Shown: positions 43,901 to 56,632 of the stretch, one piece after another | How the letters are laid out: each line of letters starts with the position of its first letter | How positions within the stretch are numbered: position 1 is the first letter of the stretch | Assembly (NCBI GenBank): GCA_013265495.1 | Contig: MU061050.1 | Span: forward strand, 2,312,307 to 2,376,306 | Source: Vicugna vicugna | Taxonomy: Eukaryota | Reading direction: 5' to 3' | DNA length: 64,000 nt | Notes under the pieces: generated by a model | What the model saw: only the letters and a program-made list of their open reading frames with translations | Database searches by the model: none | What the model was told of the DNA's origin: nothing | Translations under genes and position numbers: made by a program

Positions 43901-46900
43901 GAGTTTTTTTTAATTTACAAAAGTCTCAAAACTCATCCCATCCCTTAATTCACTCATTCAACGAGCATCTCTTGAGCCAGGCCCTGCTGAAGGGTGACTA
44001 TGACGCAGGCCCCTGCTCTAATGGAGCTGACGTTCTGGAGGACCGTTTTATTGAAATGAGGGGAATAAAGCAGGGTTAGGATGGAGAGTTACAGAGCTGG
44101 AAGCTACTTGAGCTGTGTGGTCGGGGAAGGCCTCTCTGAGCTGGCATCTGAATGACAGGAGAGAACCATGCATGCAGAGCACTGGGGGAGAGGCGTTCCA
44201 GGCAGACACAACTGCAAGTCCAACCAGCGTGGAGGGAGTGCTCCCCGTGGGCCCAGCACGTCATCGTGGGAGGGTGCTGCCCTGACCTGAGTCTAACAGG
44301 GCAGTCCTGCCCTAGGCTGGAATCCCCCCAAAGACAGGCTTCCTTACCCCTCCTTCTGGGTCCTGCCAGCCTTAACAAAGGGCCGTGAACAAGCAGGGCT
44401 GTCAGTGTGGGGATGACCCACTTAGAGGGGGCCCTTTCCCCCAGCCCCTCCCTCAGTCTGAGTCACCGCTTCCCTGTCCTCCTGCCTTGAGCTGCCATCT
44501 CCAGCCTTCCTTCACTCCCAGGGGGCGTCCTGTCTCCTGGTTTCCTGTCCCAGCCCCACTCTTCTCTTGGGGGGCTGCCTGCCCCTTTTGGGGTAAAGAG
44601 GGGCTGGGGATGCCTCTGACTTCCTCCTCGTCCTGTATTCTATCCCTTTCCCTGGTCCTTCAGGGAAAGAGATTGTCCAAGGTGGATATGGGCATCCCCT
44701 GAGGTAAAAATGTGAGAAAGTCAGTGCCACCCTGGGGTCACTCACTCTGCCAGTGGCATGGAGCTGGCCCTAGGCAGCATTCTTCCCTCTACCCCCAACT
44801 CCGCCCCCACCCCCGTCTAGGGAGTGGAGGGCAGGCCGGCAGGCTGACATCTTACTGTTTGTTTGCTCAAGGCCTCCCCCGACACCTGCTTTTAAAGCCA
44901 AGCAGCCCCTCCTATCACAGAACCAGGAGCGGGCAGGACGAGGCGATCACATGTGCCCTCTGGGGAAGGCAGAGCACCAGGGCTGACAAGGTCAGCAGCG
45001 TGCGCAAGGTCACATGGCGAAGTGGCGAAGTGGCAGGGCAGGCACCTCCAGCAGAGCCACTGCAAGGCTGGGGAGGATCTGGCTCCCTGCTCCCCCTCCC
45101 CTGTTGTCACCTTCAGTGTGGAGCCGTTAATAAGTAACTCGGACATGTTCAGGCTTCCTGAGGAAGGGCTTCCTAGACTGCCTGGGCTGTTCCTCGGTCT
45201 CCCCAGGCCTCGGGGGAGTGGGGCCCTTCCGCTCATTGGCCTGAATTAACCTCTGAACCTAGGGCCAGGGGAGGGACGATCAGTGACCCTACGTGGCCTT
45301 TTCCTGCGTTGGGGGGTCCAGAAAGTGGGTGGTCCCGGCTCTGTATTACTCCCTCTCTTCCCGGCCTGGGCCCACTTCCTGCTCTGTAAGGTGAGGGTAG
45401 GACTCTTCCATCCTCGCTGCCACTCTGGGCAGATCCTGAGCCAGCCTCCCAGGATCACGCCAGAGGGCACGGCAGCAGGAACAGAGGCAGGGCCTGGCGG
45501 GAGGATCCAGGAACTGGCCTCGGTTCTCTGACTCCTTCTGTTGACCGTGCTTCTTCGGCCCTGGCAGTGCCACTTTAGGGGCAGCCTGGGGCCTGCAGGG
45601 AGGGGGTGAGCTGCAGGGGGCTGGGGGGAGCTGCCCGTGAGTGATAGAGGAGGATGGCAGCCTTAGCCTCTCAAGTCAGTGCTTACTGTCCCCGTTTAAT
45701 AGCGGAGAAACTGAGGCTCAGAAGGGCCAAGTGCAGGTGGCTTGCCCCGAGCCGCCCGCTGGGAAGGGACAGAGGTGGGCCCAGAACCAGTCTTCTGATT
45801 ACAAATCGTACCACATCCGTGCTGTCAAAGCTGCCTTGACATTATTATTCCATAATTTTCAATTACTCACATTCCTGGAAGGGGCCATTGACCAAACCAT
45901 TAAGTGACCCAGTCAATTTGTGTATTTCAGCCTGGCTCTAGAATGTATCTAGGACTCCTTTTTTTCTTGGCAACAACGTACTCTTTGTTGGAATTTGTTC
46001 AGGCTGATTTTTTAGAATGCCCAGACACAGCCCTGCTGAAACAACTGGGGAGGGCGAGCAGCGTGGGTTGTGGTGCCACTGTCCCCATGTACTGGGAACA
46101 GGCTTCCATGCCACCCCCACCCTCGCACCCGGGGAACCCAGGCCCAGCACGGGCTCAGCTCTCCTCAGTCACACCTGGCCGGGCTGTAAGCTCAAACCAC
46201 AGCCCAGGGGCTGGCAGGAGCCGCAGGGAGGGGACTTCCCAGGCCGGTTTCCTTGCAGCCTTTCCTTTGGCCTGTTCTCTTTTTATCCCTCCCTCCCGCC
46301 TGTCGCTGGGCCTGGGAACAAAAAAAAAAAAAAAACCCTTTAGACATTAAATGTCCTTCTCTAGAACAACAAGGTGAGAGGGGACAAACTGGAGAAGGGA
46401 GAGGGCTGGACAGGGCTGCCCCCTGGCCACCAGACCTTCCCCAGCCCTGTGCCTGTCTCCTGAGCCTCCTACCACTCCGCTCAGCACCTCTCTGGCAACC
46501 TGGCTGACTTGATTCTTTATCTCTTTACTCCTGTTTCTCTGTCTCTGACTCTCTCTCTCTCTCTGTGTCATCCCCATATAATCCCACATCAGCCTCCTAA
46601 CAATCTCCAATCCCTTTCTCCAGGCAAGAAAGACATGTCTTTCTCTAGCATTCCAACAACCCAGGATCAGGCACCCCAGGGCCGAGCACAGTCCGGGCAT
46701 GGGGTCACGCAGTGAACGGGAGGCAGCCCTCGCCTGGGGAAGCTGGCAATGGGGCCAGCAGTTACCATGAAGCAGCCAGAGCTCCCATAACATCAGCAGA
46801 GGGTCCCCTGGGGCTCGTGTTCTGGCGACGATAGCTGTTTGCCGCTGCTTCCAAAGACCGAGGCTTTGCAGAATCTGGCCTCCTGCTCCCTACTGGCTGC

Positions 46901-49027
46901 TCCCGTTTCCAGCCTGGCAGGCTCTGTGGCCCGGCCACAGCAGCCTTTTCACACCCACACGCACACGCTCCTGCACCAGAAGGCAGCATGGCATAGGGAA
47001 TGGCAAGTCAGAAGGCCTGGGTTTGAGTCCAGGATCTGTCTGCTACTTTCTTGGCCTTTCTCAGCCTCAGTTTACTCAGGGGTCACACGAGGCACAACTG
47101 CAAGGTCAACCTCACTGCACTGCCATGTGCACCAAATGTCTTAGACACTGTACACAGATGTTAGTTGCTGCCATGTACACTGCAATATTAGTTCCCACGC
47201 CTTCCCGCACCACCTGCCAGGCTCAGTAATGGACTCAGAGTCCTGTTCCCTCAGGATTGTGCTACAGGACTGAGCATGAATCACTCTCGTCCAGGTTTTT
47301 CCGGGCAATCATGATAATGTATTCATTCTTCAGGAGAGCATTTCTGTACTTGGGGCAGTCTGTGCCTTACTGCACGGCGGTAAGTGAGGTGGTGGTAGGG
47401 TCAGGGCCTTGCACCGGCTCAGTGAGGGGAACACTTAAGGGGGAAATGGGGACCCTCTTGCTATCCCTGAAGCCAGGCCATCCAGGAAGCAACCAAGTCA
47501 ATCTTGTAAAGGGAAAGGAAGGGGAAAGAGAGAGCTATTGTGACAGGCCTGTGGTTTTTATCAGCCCACAGAGGCGTGGGCATCGCCTCTGGGCTGGTAC
47601 CAGGGAAACCGGCCACCAGGTAGAAGGCAGCAAGAACACATGGAGCTCAGTGAGCACCCCGGGCTGCCAGGGCTGGGCCGGGGGGTGGGGGGTGCCCACG
47701 AAGCAGGGACGCCAGAGGATGGGAAGGGGAGTGCTGGGGGAATTTGAACAGGCCGCCCCACAACACGGCCCCCCTCCCCCGGTTTCTTCCCGGTGAAGTG
47801 AGTCCCCCTGCCCCCTCACACAGCTCTGAGGTGGGAACAGGCGGGGGTCATGATGGGTCGTCTCCCCAGCAGATCAGCCCGGAAACAAGAAAATGAGAAA
47901 ATAATGAACTGCTGCCATCAGCAGAGCCCTTCTGATAAAGGATTTAATCAAAGATGGGGCAAGATGAAAAGCTGAGAGCCAAAACCTCTGGGAAAAGACA
48001 GCCTGAGGGATCTCCTGGGCCTCTGTCTTCCTCAGTGAGCTGGAAACTCTGGTCTTCCTGGCACGTCAGCACTGACACTGCCCTCCCCCTCACCTCTCCA
48101 GGCCCAGCAGCCAGGCGGAGGCGCCTGGGCGCTCCAATTTGTCATAATCTGAGAAAATTCCTCTACAACCTCTCCCTTCCAGAACCTTCCTGCTGCCCAC
48201 TCTTCTTCCCCCCACGTTAGCCTTTCAGACAGGTCCCGGAAAATACAAGGCTGCCTTGCTTTCCAGATATTGGGCAGAGTGTACCCGGAAGACTTGAGGC
48301 CTCCATCCACGTGTTCGCTCACCCACTGACTCACTCGCAGGGGAGCAGCCCTCAGCCTGTCTGCTGTGGGCTCCTCTGGGGGAAGGTCATCACTCAGACG
48401 CCTCTCGGTGGGGATGGCCAAGGGCATTCCTCCTGGACACTGGCCAGGCACAGAGCCCAACACCTCTGCCCATAGAGGGGTCACCAAATTACCCAAATGC
48501 CTCAGCTGTAGGCTTTGGTCCAGGCCTGGTGCCTGTAAGGGGGCTGGTGTGTTCCATTCCTGTGTGAGGGGGGTGCACTGCAGCCCAGCTCTGGGGCCTT
48601 CCTGGGCCCCACCTCCCATCTCATGCAGGTTCCCTCCAGGTGCTCAAAGCCCATTCCTCTCACACCTTCCTGAAGAGAGATGGAAATCTCTTTGCATATA
48701 ATTGTTTACAAGTGAACAATTATAACTTCAAGTAAGCCATACATAATCACTTTTAAGTCCAATAAAAGCAGTTGTGCTTTGTGGTGAGTCCATAACAGAG
48801 TATCTTGAGTTCCCACAACCACCCTGCTACCTGAGGAGACTGTCGAACACCCTGCCCACGGCCCATAGCTAATAAGTGACCGAGCTTCTGCCCCAGCTCC
48901 CTTCCCCCTTTCCCCAGAGGGCGGGGGGAAATGTCTCGGCTCCCAGGGTCACTCAGCCAGCTGTGGGGGGCTCTTCATTGGAAGGGCTGCGGCTCCTCCC
49001 ACTGACCTCAGCCCTCCGCCACTGCAG

Positions 49028-49226
49028 CCTGGCCCAGTCACTATGGGCCCTCTTCACCTCTTCTCTGGCCATCTCCCTGGTGTTCGCCGCCATCCCCTTC
49101 TGCCGCGACGTGAAGGTGCTGGCTGCCGTCATGGCACTGGCGGGCCTGGCCATGGGCTGCATCGACACGGTGGCCAACATGCAGCTGGTGAGGATCTACC
49201 AGAAGGACTCGGCTGTCTTCCTTCAG
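49028..49226 (+). CDS. MFSD4A: MFSD4A coding exon 2
   Basis: Acceptor ccactgcag and donor gtgagc. LAQSLWALFTSSLAISLVFAAIPFCRDVKVLAAVMALAGLAMGCIDTVANMQLVRIYQKDSAVFLQ (MFS transmembrane segments). Confidence 0.97.
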
Positions 49227-49868
49227 GTGAGCCACAGGCAGGGGTGGGGCGGGGTGGGGTGGGGTGGACGGGCCAGCATCTCTGCCCCGAGGCCAGGGCG
49301 GTGACTCAGAGAGAGCACCAGGGTCAAGTTCAGTGTGACCACTTCCAGCGGGGCCATCCTGGGACGTTATCTCTGCACCTTGGTCTCTTCATCTCTAAAA
49401 TGAGGTGAGGACCCCTGCCTGCAGGCGGTGTTTAAGTGCTGGGGAGCGAAGATTCTCTGTGGGTTGGAAAGAGGCGTGCTGGGAGGGCCTGCTGCTTCCT
49501 CTCGTCTCCTCCTCTCTCTCCGTCTTTCTTCTTCCTTCCTTCTCCTCCCAGGTACCCAGGATTCCAGTCCAGCCCTTCCCTGTATTAAGTCCCCTTCCCT
49601 TTGGGGTGTTAGATGGTGGATGCTAACATGGGAACAGCCCCCAGTGGGGGTTTAAGGTTTGGGAAAAAGGAGTGAGGGCGGGGGTGGCCAGTCACGGAGT
49701 TACCCCAGGCGAGAAAGTGATGAAGGAGCGCCACTCCTCACCAGTCCTGCCTCCCACTCCCTACTGCTCCCAGGCCAGGGCTCCCCACATGAGGCACAGG
49801 TGGGGCGGAGGGTGGAGGGTGAAGCCTGAGCCACGTTTCTCCCCATCCCAATTCTCCTCCCTCTCCAG

Positions 49869-50129
49869 GTTCTCCATTTCTTTGTGGGCTTTGGTGCTCT
49901 GCTGAGCCCTCTTATCGCCGACCCCTTCCTGTCTGAGGCCAACTGCTTGCCTGCCAATAGCACAGCCAATGCCACCACCCACAGCCACCCGCTCCATATT
50001 GCCAGGGTCCTGGGCCACCGCCACGCTGAGGCCCAGACTTGGTCCAACCAGACGTTCCCTGGGATGCCCCCGCAGGACGGGGCAGGGACCCGCGTGTCCT
50101 ACGCCTTCTGGATCATGGCCCTGATCAAT
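49869..50129 (+). CDS. MFSD4A: MFSD4A coding exon 3
   Basis: Acceptor ctccctctccag and donor gtgagt. VLHFFVGFGALLSPLIADPFLSEANC...RVSYAFWIMALIN (87 codons). Confidence 0.97.
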
Positions 50130-53041
50130 GTGAGTGCCACTGGGGCAGGGCTGGGTGGGGACTAGTGGACCGTCACCCATACCTGTCCTTACCAGCTCCC
50201 AGTGCAGATCCTTCTGTCTCTGAGAAGTGTGCTGGGGCTGAGGTGTGCCTTCAGGAAGGCAAGAAGATGGAAGAACTGACCCCCAGGGAGTCACTGAACA
50301 CAGAGGGGGTCGCAGGAGATCATCTCTAAGGTCCTTCAGTTACGCTATCCTGGGATTGCGATTCTCAAGGGAGGTAAAACAGTGAGCCGGTTTAGTGCAG
50401 TGAGATCAGGGTCAACTTCCAAGTCATCAGAGGCTCCTCAGAGAACCAGCTCTTTTCCTCCAAGGCCAGATGAAGTAGACCCTGGGACAGAGCACTGCAG
50501 GTAATGCTGGGCTCTTCCCTGGAGTCCTCAGTCACTGGTGGGGTTTTCCAGTGCCTGCTGTGGGCTCCAGTGGAGTCTGGAGGATAGACAAGATGAACTC
50601 TGAGGGACCCTCCATGCCAAGGCTGCTCTGGGGGGAGCAGAGCAGAGAGACCACCTCGCTGTGACTCAGTCAGATACCAGGACCACTCCTCACCCCAACT
50701 CTCATCCTCCCCTGCTAAGTCAGGACTGACTCTGGTCTCGGGCTGGGCTCTGGTCTCTCCTCTGGTGCCCTGAACCCCCATCAGCCCAGGCTGGGGCCAG
50801 AGGGAGAGGGGAGGGTACTCCTCCCCACCCCTCTCCCCCTCTCCGGCTTGGGAAGGACCAGGAGCGAGCACTGGGGGTGGGGAGTTTTCCAGGTGGCCAT
50901 TTGCCTGGCTGTGAGATGGAGGTGCCACGAAGTTTGTCACCCCAACTTGGAGCCTGTCTTTGTTCTAGGCAGACTTGTCATCCCTCAGGAAGCAGGCAGG
51001 CTGGGCCTCAGAGTGATGCCATGCACGTAGCATTGAGAGGGGCCTTTGAGGTCCCCTAGTCCAACTGAGCTGCTGCAGGGGTGTCATACCATCACTGGCC
51101 CAAGGGCCTCATAGGGCCTTTGACTCCCAGCACAAGCCCCTACCTGCTGTCCTGCGGTAACTGCTCATTTCCCCTTCTCTTTTGTAACTTTCCCCGTACC
51201 AGACTCTTCCCTTGGCACTCTCGAAAATGCACCCCTCTCCCTCTGCTCCTTCCCTTTACTGCCCATCATTGTTTTGAAACAATGCAGCTTTGGGCTTGTG
51301 CCCTCTGAGAGGGACCTACGAAGGGAAAGAGCACCGTCAGTACAATGTGGGGACCGTACTGGGACAGTACACTGTCAGGGACTCTGGGACCAGGAAGCCT
51401 GAAGGTCCGCCTAGTTAAGTATGAGGGCTGTTTTCTCTTGCCCCACAAAGCACAGACTGCAGGCACTTTGTTTGCTGTAGGATTTCCAGACTTTTTCTGT
51501 TGGTTTGTGTCTGAAGATAAACAGTCCACCCCAGAAGGCAATGGGCGGTGCGTATATGTTGGTGCCACAGACACACCGGCCGGCCCACCTGGCCTTCTCC
51601 GACTTTTCGGGTGGAGCCTGCCTTCCCTGAATCGGCTTCTTATAAAGATCCAGCGTGTTCCTGCTGGCAACGTCGGCCAGTCCTCTGTGAAGTCCTTCCC
51701 ACCACCCACCTCCCTGGAAAGTCCAGTCTGAGCGATCACGCCTCATTTACAGCTGTTTCCCCTTGGCCTTCACCCAGGCATTCTGCTACCACAGGCCTCT
51801 GCGTGTGGGCTTCCTGTCTCCCCCATCGGACTGGAGGAAGGGCTTCACCTTCCCCATCAGACCCAGGACTCCTGAGGGCAGGGGCTGTCTCCTCCACTCA
51901 GGCCTGATTTGTGACTCTAATGCTGCTGCAGTGTGACTGCCTGACTTACTTATAAGTGGAGGGAGGCTCCCAAGGTGCCCACAGGGAGGTAAGCACAGGG
52001 GTGGCGTTCTGGTGAGTTGGGAACTTGCCAAACCATGTGAGCCAGCCTGCCTCCAGGCGAGGGGGCGGCTTCCCCAGAGCAGCACCAGGCGGGAGCTGGC
52101 AGTCCCCTGATGTCCGTCTCTGCTGGGCCAGCTTCATCTGCGAGCCCAGAGGGGCCCATCAGCCCCTGGGCACTTTGTCAGCTCCCTGGGCTTCCTCTCT
52201 TTCTGAAGCAAAAGGAACTGGGATGAGGGGGCAGCAGGAAGGGCAGAGATGAGACTTGCCGAGGAGCTTCCTGGCGGTGAGCGTGGTTAGACACCGGCAG
52301 GGCACCTGAGGGAGGGATGGAGGCTTCTCCAGGCAACCTCAGGAGCAGGAGACATTTCTCGTTGCCCTGGGGAGTTCATAAAACCCAAGCGGCTCAATGT
52401 GAATATCAGCGAATGTGATGTTGCGCTGTGCGTGTGTGTTGCTCCCAGCATGTATTTTTCACTCTAAAGGAGTCCATGTCCGTGTCTCTGATCTCCCTGA
52501 GGACAGCCTCTGTACCTTCGTAAGGTATGACACCTAGACGCCCCTGGCCTGGAGATGGCACTGGTCAGAATCAGGATGCCTGGGCTCCAGTCTAGCTCTG
52601 CCCCAAGTCAGCGGTAGGACTGGCACTCATGCTTCTCAGGTCTCTTCTCATTGTAACAGGTTTCAACTGAGTGATAACTTTGAGCCTCATTTGCCCCATC
52701 TGGAAAATGGGGGTGATAATTTCCCCCTAGCACGTGTTCCAGAGCTGTGATAAACAAAAGCCAAACTTCTTTGTGAAGTATCACATGATCTAGCAGCAGG
52801 AAGGCATGTGAGGGGCCATGCTCCAGCCACTCCACCAAGCCTGTCCCGGGTCAGGACAGCTGGTTGCATGAGCTGGGGATGGTGCTTAGGTCAGCGCCCT
52901 CAGGAGAGAGCTGTCTTCTCCCCGGACCGTGCAGACAGACGTCTGCCGCACAATCATGTGGAGGTGTATGCGGTGGGCCAGGCATGGGAAGTGGGGAGCC
53001 TGATGGGAACAGGGCTCTCCTGACCCTCTGCCCGCCCCCAG

Positions 53042-53210
53042 CTCCCGGTGCCCATGGCTGTGCTGTATCTGCTGTCCAAAGAGCGGCTGCTGACCTGCTG
53101 CCCGCAGAGGAGGCCCCTGCTCCTGCCCGCAGACGAGCTCGCCCTGGAGACACAGCCTCCTGAGAAGGAAGACACATCCTCACTGCCCCCCAAGTTTCAG
53201 CCAAACGCAG
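53042..53210 (+). CDS. MFSD4A: MFSD4A coding exon 4
   Basis: Acceptor cccgcccccag and weak donor gtgggg. LPVPMAVLYLLSKERLLTCCPQRRPLLLPADELALETQPPEKEDTSSLPPKFQPNA(G). Confidence 0.95.
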
Positions 53211-53634
53211 GTGGGGGGCCCTAATGAACTTTCATGCTCATGGCCCCATCCCGAGGCTTCCTTGGTAAGCCCTTCTGCCCAGAGGGTGAGCTCAGATCAC
53301 AGGTGATAAGGGTTAGAAAAAAAACCCTGGCACTTTCGGCCTCGCAAGGTGGGAGATGGAGCAAATGGGCCAAGAGAATGAGGAAGGCAGGCTTCTGGCT
53401 CCCACCTCCATTCTGCCTCACCCCTCACCGTGTGACCTTGGGCGGGTTACCTGACCTCTCTAAGCCTTGCTTCCAAAAGCACTGTGAGACAGACAGGGGC
53501 TGTTGCTTCTGGACAGTTGGAAGCTAGAGAAGGCGCTGCCAGGGCTCTCCTGGCTGCCAGCCACTTTGGCCGACGTGCAGAGGCAGGGGAGCGGGTGCTG
53601 AGCCTCATCCCTGCTCTCCTTGTGTCTCGTCCAG

Positions 53635-53750
53635 GGCACGAGGACCTGTTCAGCTGCTGCCAGAGAAGGAACTTCAAAGGAGCCCCTTACTCCTTCTTCG
53701 CCATCCACATCACAGCCGCCCTGGTCTTGTTCATGACCGATGGGATGACG
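53635..53750 (+). CDS. MFSD4A: MFSD4A coding exon 5
   Basis: Acceptor gtctcgtccag and donor gtgagc. (G)HEDLFSCCQRRNFKGAPYSFFAIHITAALVLFMTDGMT. Confidence 0.97.
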
Positions 53751-54816
53751 GTGAGCCTGCCCTCTGAGGGCACCCCCTGGGCTCCCTGAGCCTCAAGTCT
53801 GGGGATCATAAGAGAAAGGAGGAGCTTCAAGGTTTCTGAGAGACCTCACCTGTAGTACAGTTGATCCAAACACTTAAACCCAAATACAAGTTTTGGGGCG
53901 AGCCTCTCCTGAATCGCCCACAGCTCCTTGGAGCTGCGCTCTCCTGGCTCGTTCAGGTGTTTTTGTTTTTATGAACTCTGTGAAAAGGGAACTCTTTGGT
54001 TTGTCACTGAGTGTAGGCTCCTCGCATTTTTTAAAAATGGGGCAACGCCCTGTTCACCCAAGTAGAAGTCATACCATATAAACTCTAGGGCGCTCTGCTT
54101 CCTGGAATGTGTTCCAAGCGTGGGCTTCTCAAGCCATACGGTAAACAAGCTTCAGGCAGGATCCGGGCCCAGTGTTCAGTTCACTAGTGACCTCTGTTAC
54201 CCTATTTAGTGCCTTTTCCCAGAAATCTCTAAGGATTAGATTAGGACAGTTTTGAATGGCTGTTTGATTAACCGATTGCCATATGAGGGACCTTCTGAGG
54301 GGAGGGCCCTAAAAACCTAGGTGACCTGGTGGAAAGTACTCGTGACAGTACTGGTTGACTTCCAACTCAGTGTGACCTTGAGCGAGTCACTTCTCTCTGT
54401 CCTCTCATCCATAAAATGAGATGCCTTCACACACTTTTTTTCAGCTGTGGTACCCTTCCTTCAGCAAAAAAAATAAAAATAAAAAAATAAAAAAATAAAA
54501 AAAACCGTTCCGGAATCCTCATAAATAAGACATGTAGTGGAATTCTACTCTGGTTGAAGAGGGGAGCAGAGCCTTTGTGCCCAGACCCCTCGGGACTCCT
54601 TTGGGGACCCAGAAACACCTTCCTGGATCCTCCAGCCCCTGCAGGTACCATCCGTCAGCTGTGGCATCCAGGTTCCACCCTCAGCTCCAAGCCCACCCCT
54701 AGGGGAGCCTCTAGGAGCAGGGCCAGTCCTCTCAGCCCACACCACACCTGCCCCGGCCGGGCCTCCTTGGTGAGCGTGCGTTGCAGGTGTGTTCAGCGGG
54801 GCCTGTCTCCCCACAG

Positions 54817-54990
54817 GGGGCGTACTCCGCCTTTGTGTACAGCTATGCAGTGGAGAAACCGCTGTCGGTGGGACACAAGGTGGCTGGTTACCTCCCCAGC
54901 CTCTTCTGGGGCTTCATCACCCTGGGTCGGCTCATCTCCATTCCCATATCCTCAAGAGTGAAGCCAGCCACCATGGTTTTTGTCAATGTG
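54817..54990 (+). CDS. MFSD4A: MFSD4A coding exon 6
   Basis: Acceptor ctccccacag and donor gtaagt. GAYSAFVYSYAVEKPLSVGHKVAGYLPSLFWGFITLGRLISIPISSRVKPATMVFVNV. Confidence 0.97.
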
Positions 54991-55599
54991 GTAAGTGGCC
55001 TCCTTTCACTTCTTGGAGACCCAGAAGAACCATTCACTCCTGGCCCCCCACTGCCCCAGGACTTTTGCCTGCACTGGACATGCCAGCAGGGTGGGGATGC
55101 AGGAGCAGAGGCAGGAGAGGGGGGAAGGGATGTGCTGGTGAGGGAGGAATGGAAATCCAGGGGCAGAGCCTACCTCTGCCATCTCGGAAAAGCTATTTCC
55201 TGTCTCTGGGCCTCTGATTTTGTACTCAGAGAAGACAGGGGCTGCAGGAGGTGATTAGTGCTGTGTCTGGAGCAGATCCCAGCTGACAGCCTGCCAGGAG
55301 CGAAGCAGCTGCTGGCCTTGGTCCTCCCTCGTTCCCCTTGGTGCCCAGCTGGTCAGAGCCCTGTGGCCAGCGGAGGCCAGGGATTCCCCAGCCTCCAGAA
55401 TCAGCATCTCTGTGAATTTGCATCTTAAAGACTCTCCCAGATGATTCTTAAATAGCCAGACTGGCATGGAGGATGGCCTTCAAGGAACTGGTCTGCTCTG
55501 GTAGCAGGAGGTCTGGGTCTGAGCGATGATGGGTTAAGATCTGTGCCCTGATGTGTGTCCATGTCACCATCTATGACAGAGGGGTCCAGATTACAGATT

Positions 55600-55760
55600 C
55601 CTGTGAGGTCATCTAGCCCAATCTCCAACCTGGGCTCGAATCAGCTCTATTATATCCCTTCCAAGGGGTCCAGAGTCTGTTAAAACACCTCCAGTGACTG
55701 GAATCTCACTAGCTTCCCAGAAAGCCCAATCCACTGTCAGAAAGTACTTCCTTGGGATGA
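55600..55760 (-). mobile_element. L3/CR1 3' fragment
   Basis: gaggtcatctagcccaa...cacctccagtgactggaatctcactagcttccc...agaaagtacttcctt. Confidence 0.6.
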
Positions 55761-56477
55761 ATTTCTAGCAGAGAAGGGGTTGGGGAATAATGTTGGGGCT
55801 ACAGAAGCCAAAGATCATGAGCTGCAAGAAAGGCCCTTGGACTTGGCCTTGTGCTAGTTGATGACCTTCAAAAAAGAATTTTCCATTCAGTGCAGATGGG
55901 GGTCGGGAGGGTAGAAGCCAAACTCAAGAGGCTAAAGGTGAGAAGGAGATGAGAAGTGGAGATGTTTAAGTATTGCAGATATTTCTAAGCTGAAGGGAGT
56001 TTTGTTTGACAGGATTCGGGTGGTGTGAGCCTGTTTGTAGGCAGAGGAGAAAGGGAGGAAGGCTGGAAGGGGGGGGGGCCTGTGTGGATACCATTGTCAG
56101 AGAGGACGTGAGTGAGGAAGGCCCTGGGACAGGGGAGATGGGAAGGGCAGAGGGAAAGAAGTAGTTCAGTAGAGAGAGGGCTCCTTTTCTCTGGGGCTGG
56201 GGTGACTGATGTAGGCAGGAAGATGCTGCAGGTCCACGAGGTGCGGAAGAGTGAGGGGACAGGTGCCTGTGGTGGCCAGCCTCTGTAGCACATGAGGCCA
56301 GCTGCTTAGAGAGAGGAGAGTTGGGTGTGACTCGGTGTGTGAGAAAGAAGAAAGTCGGATGCCACCATGTGAGTTAGGCACTGATGAGAAACTCACCTGG
56401 GGTGCTGGGTTTTAAAAAGGAAAATCAGATTTCTGGGTCCAACCCAGACTTTGTGAATCAGAATGTCCAGGGGAAGT

Positions 56478-56632
56478 GGGATGGGTATAGCTCAGTGGTA
56501 AGAGCACGTGCTTAGCATGTATGAGGTCCTGGGTTCAATTGCCAGTACCTCCATTAAAAATAAATTTTAAAAAATAGAATAAAATGAGCAAACATTTTTA
56601 AAAAGATTTTAAAATCCCACATTAAAAAAAAT
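56478..56632 (+). mobile_element. tRNA-derived SINE inserted in a MER5-type element (about 56400-56720)
   Basis: gggtatagctcagtggtaagagcacgtgcttagcatgtatgaggtcctgggttcaattgccagtacctcc plus an A-rich tail. Imperfect TSD atgtccaggggaag / atgttcagggaag. Confidence 0.88.

Noticed and set aside
54230-54300. Possible intronic C/D-box snoRNA
   Set aside because: A CTGA is present, but there is no proper RTGATGA C box or terminal stem.
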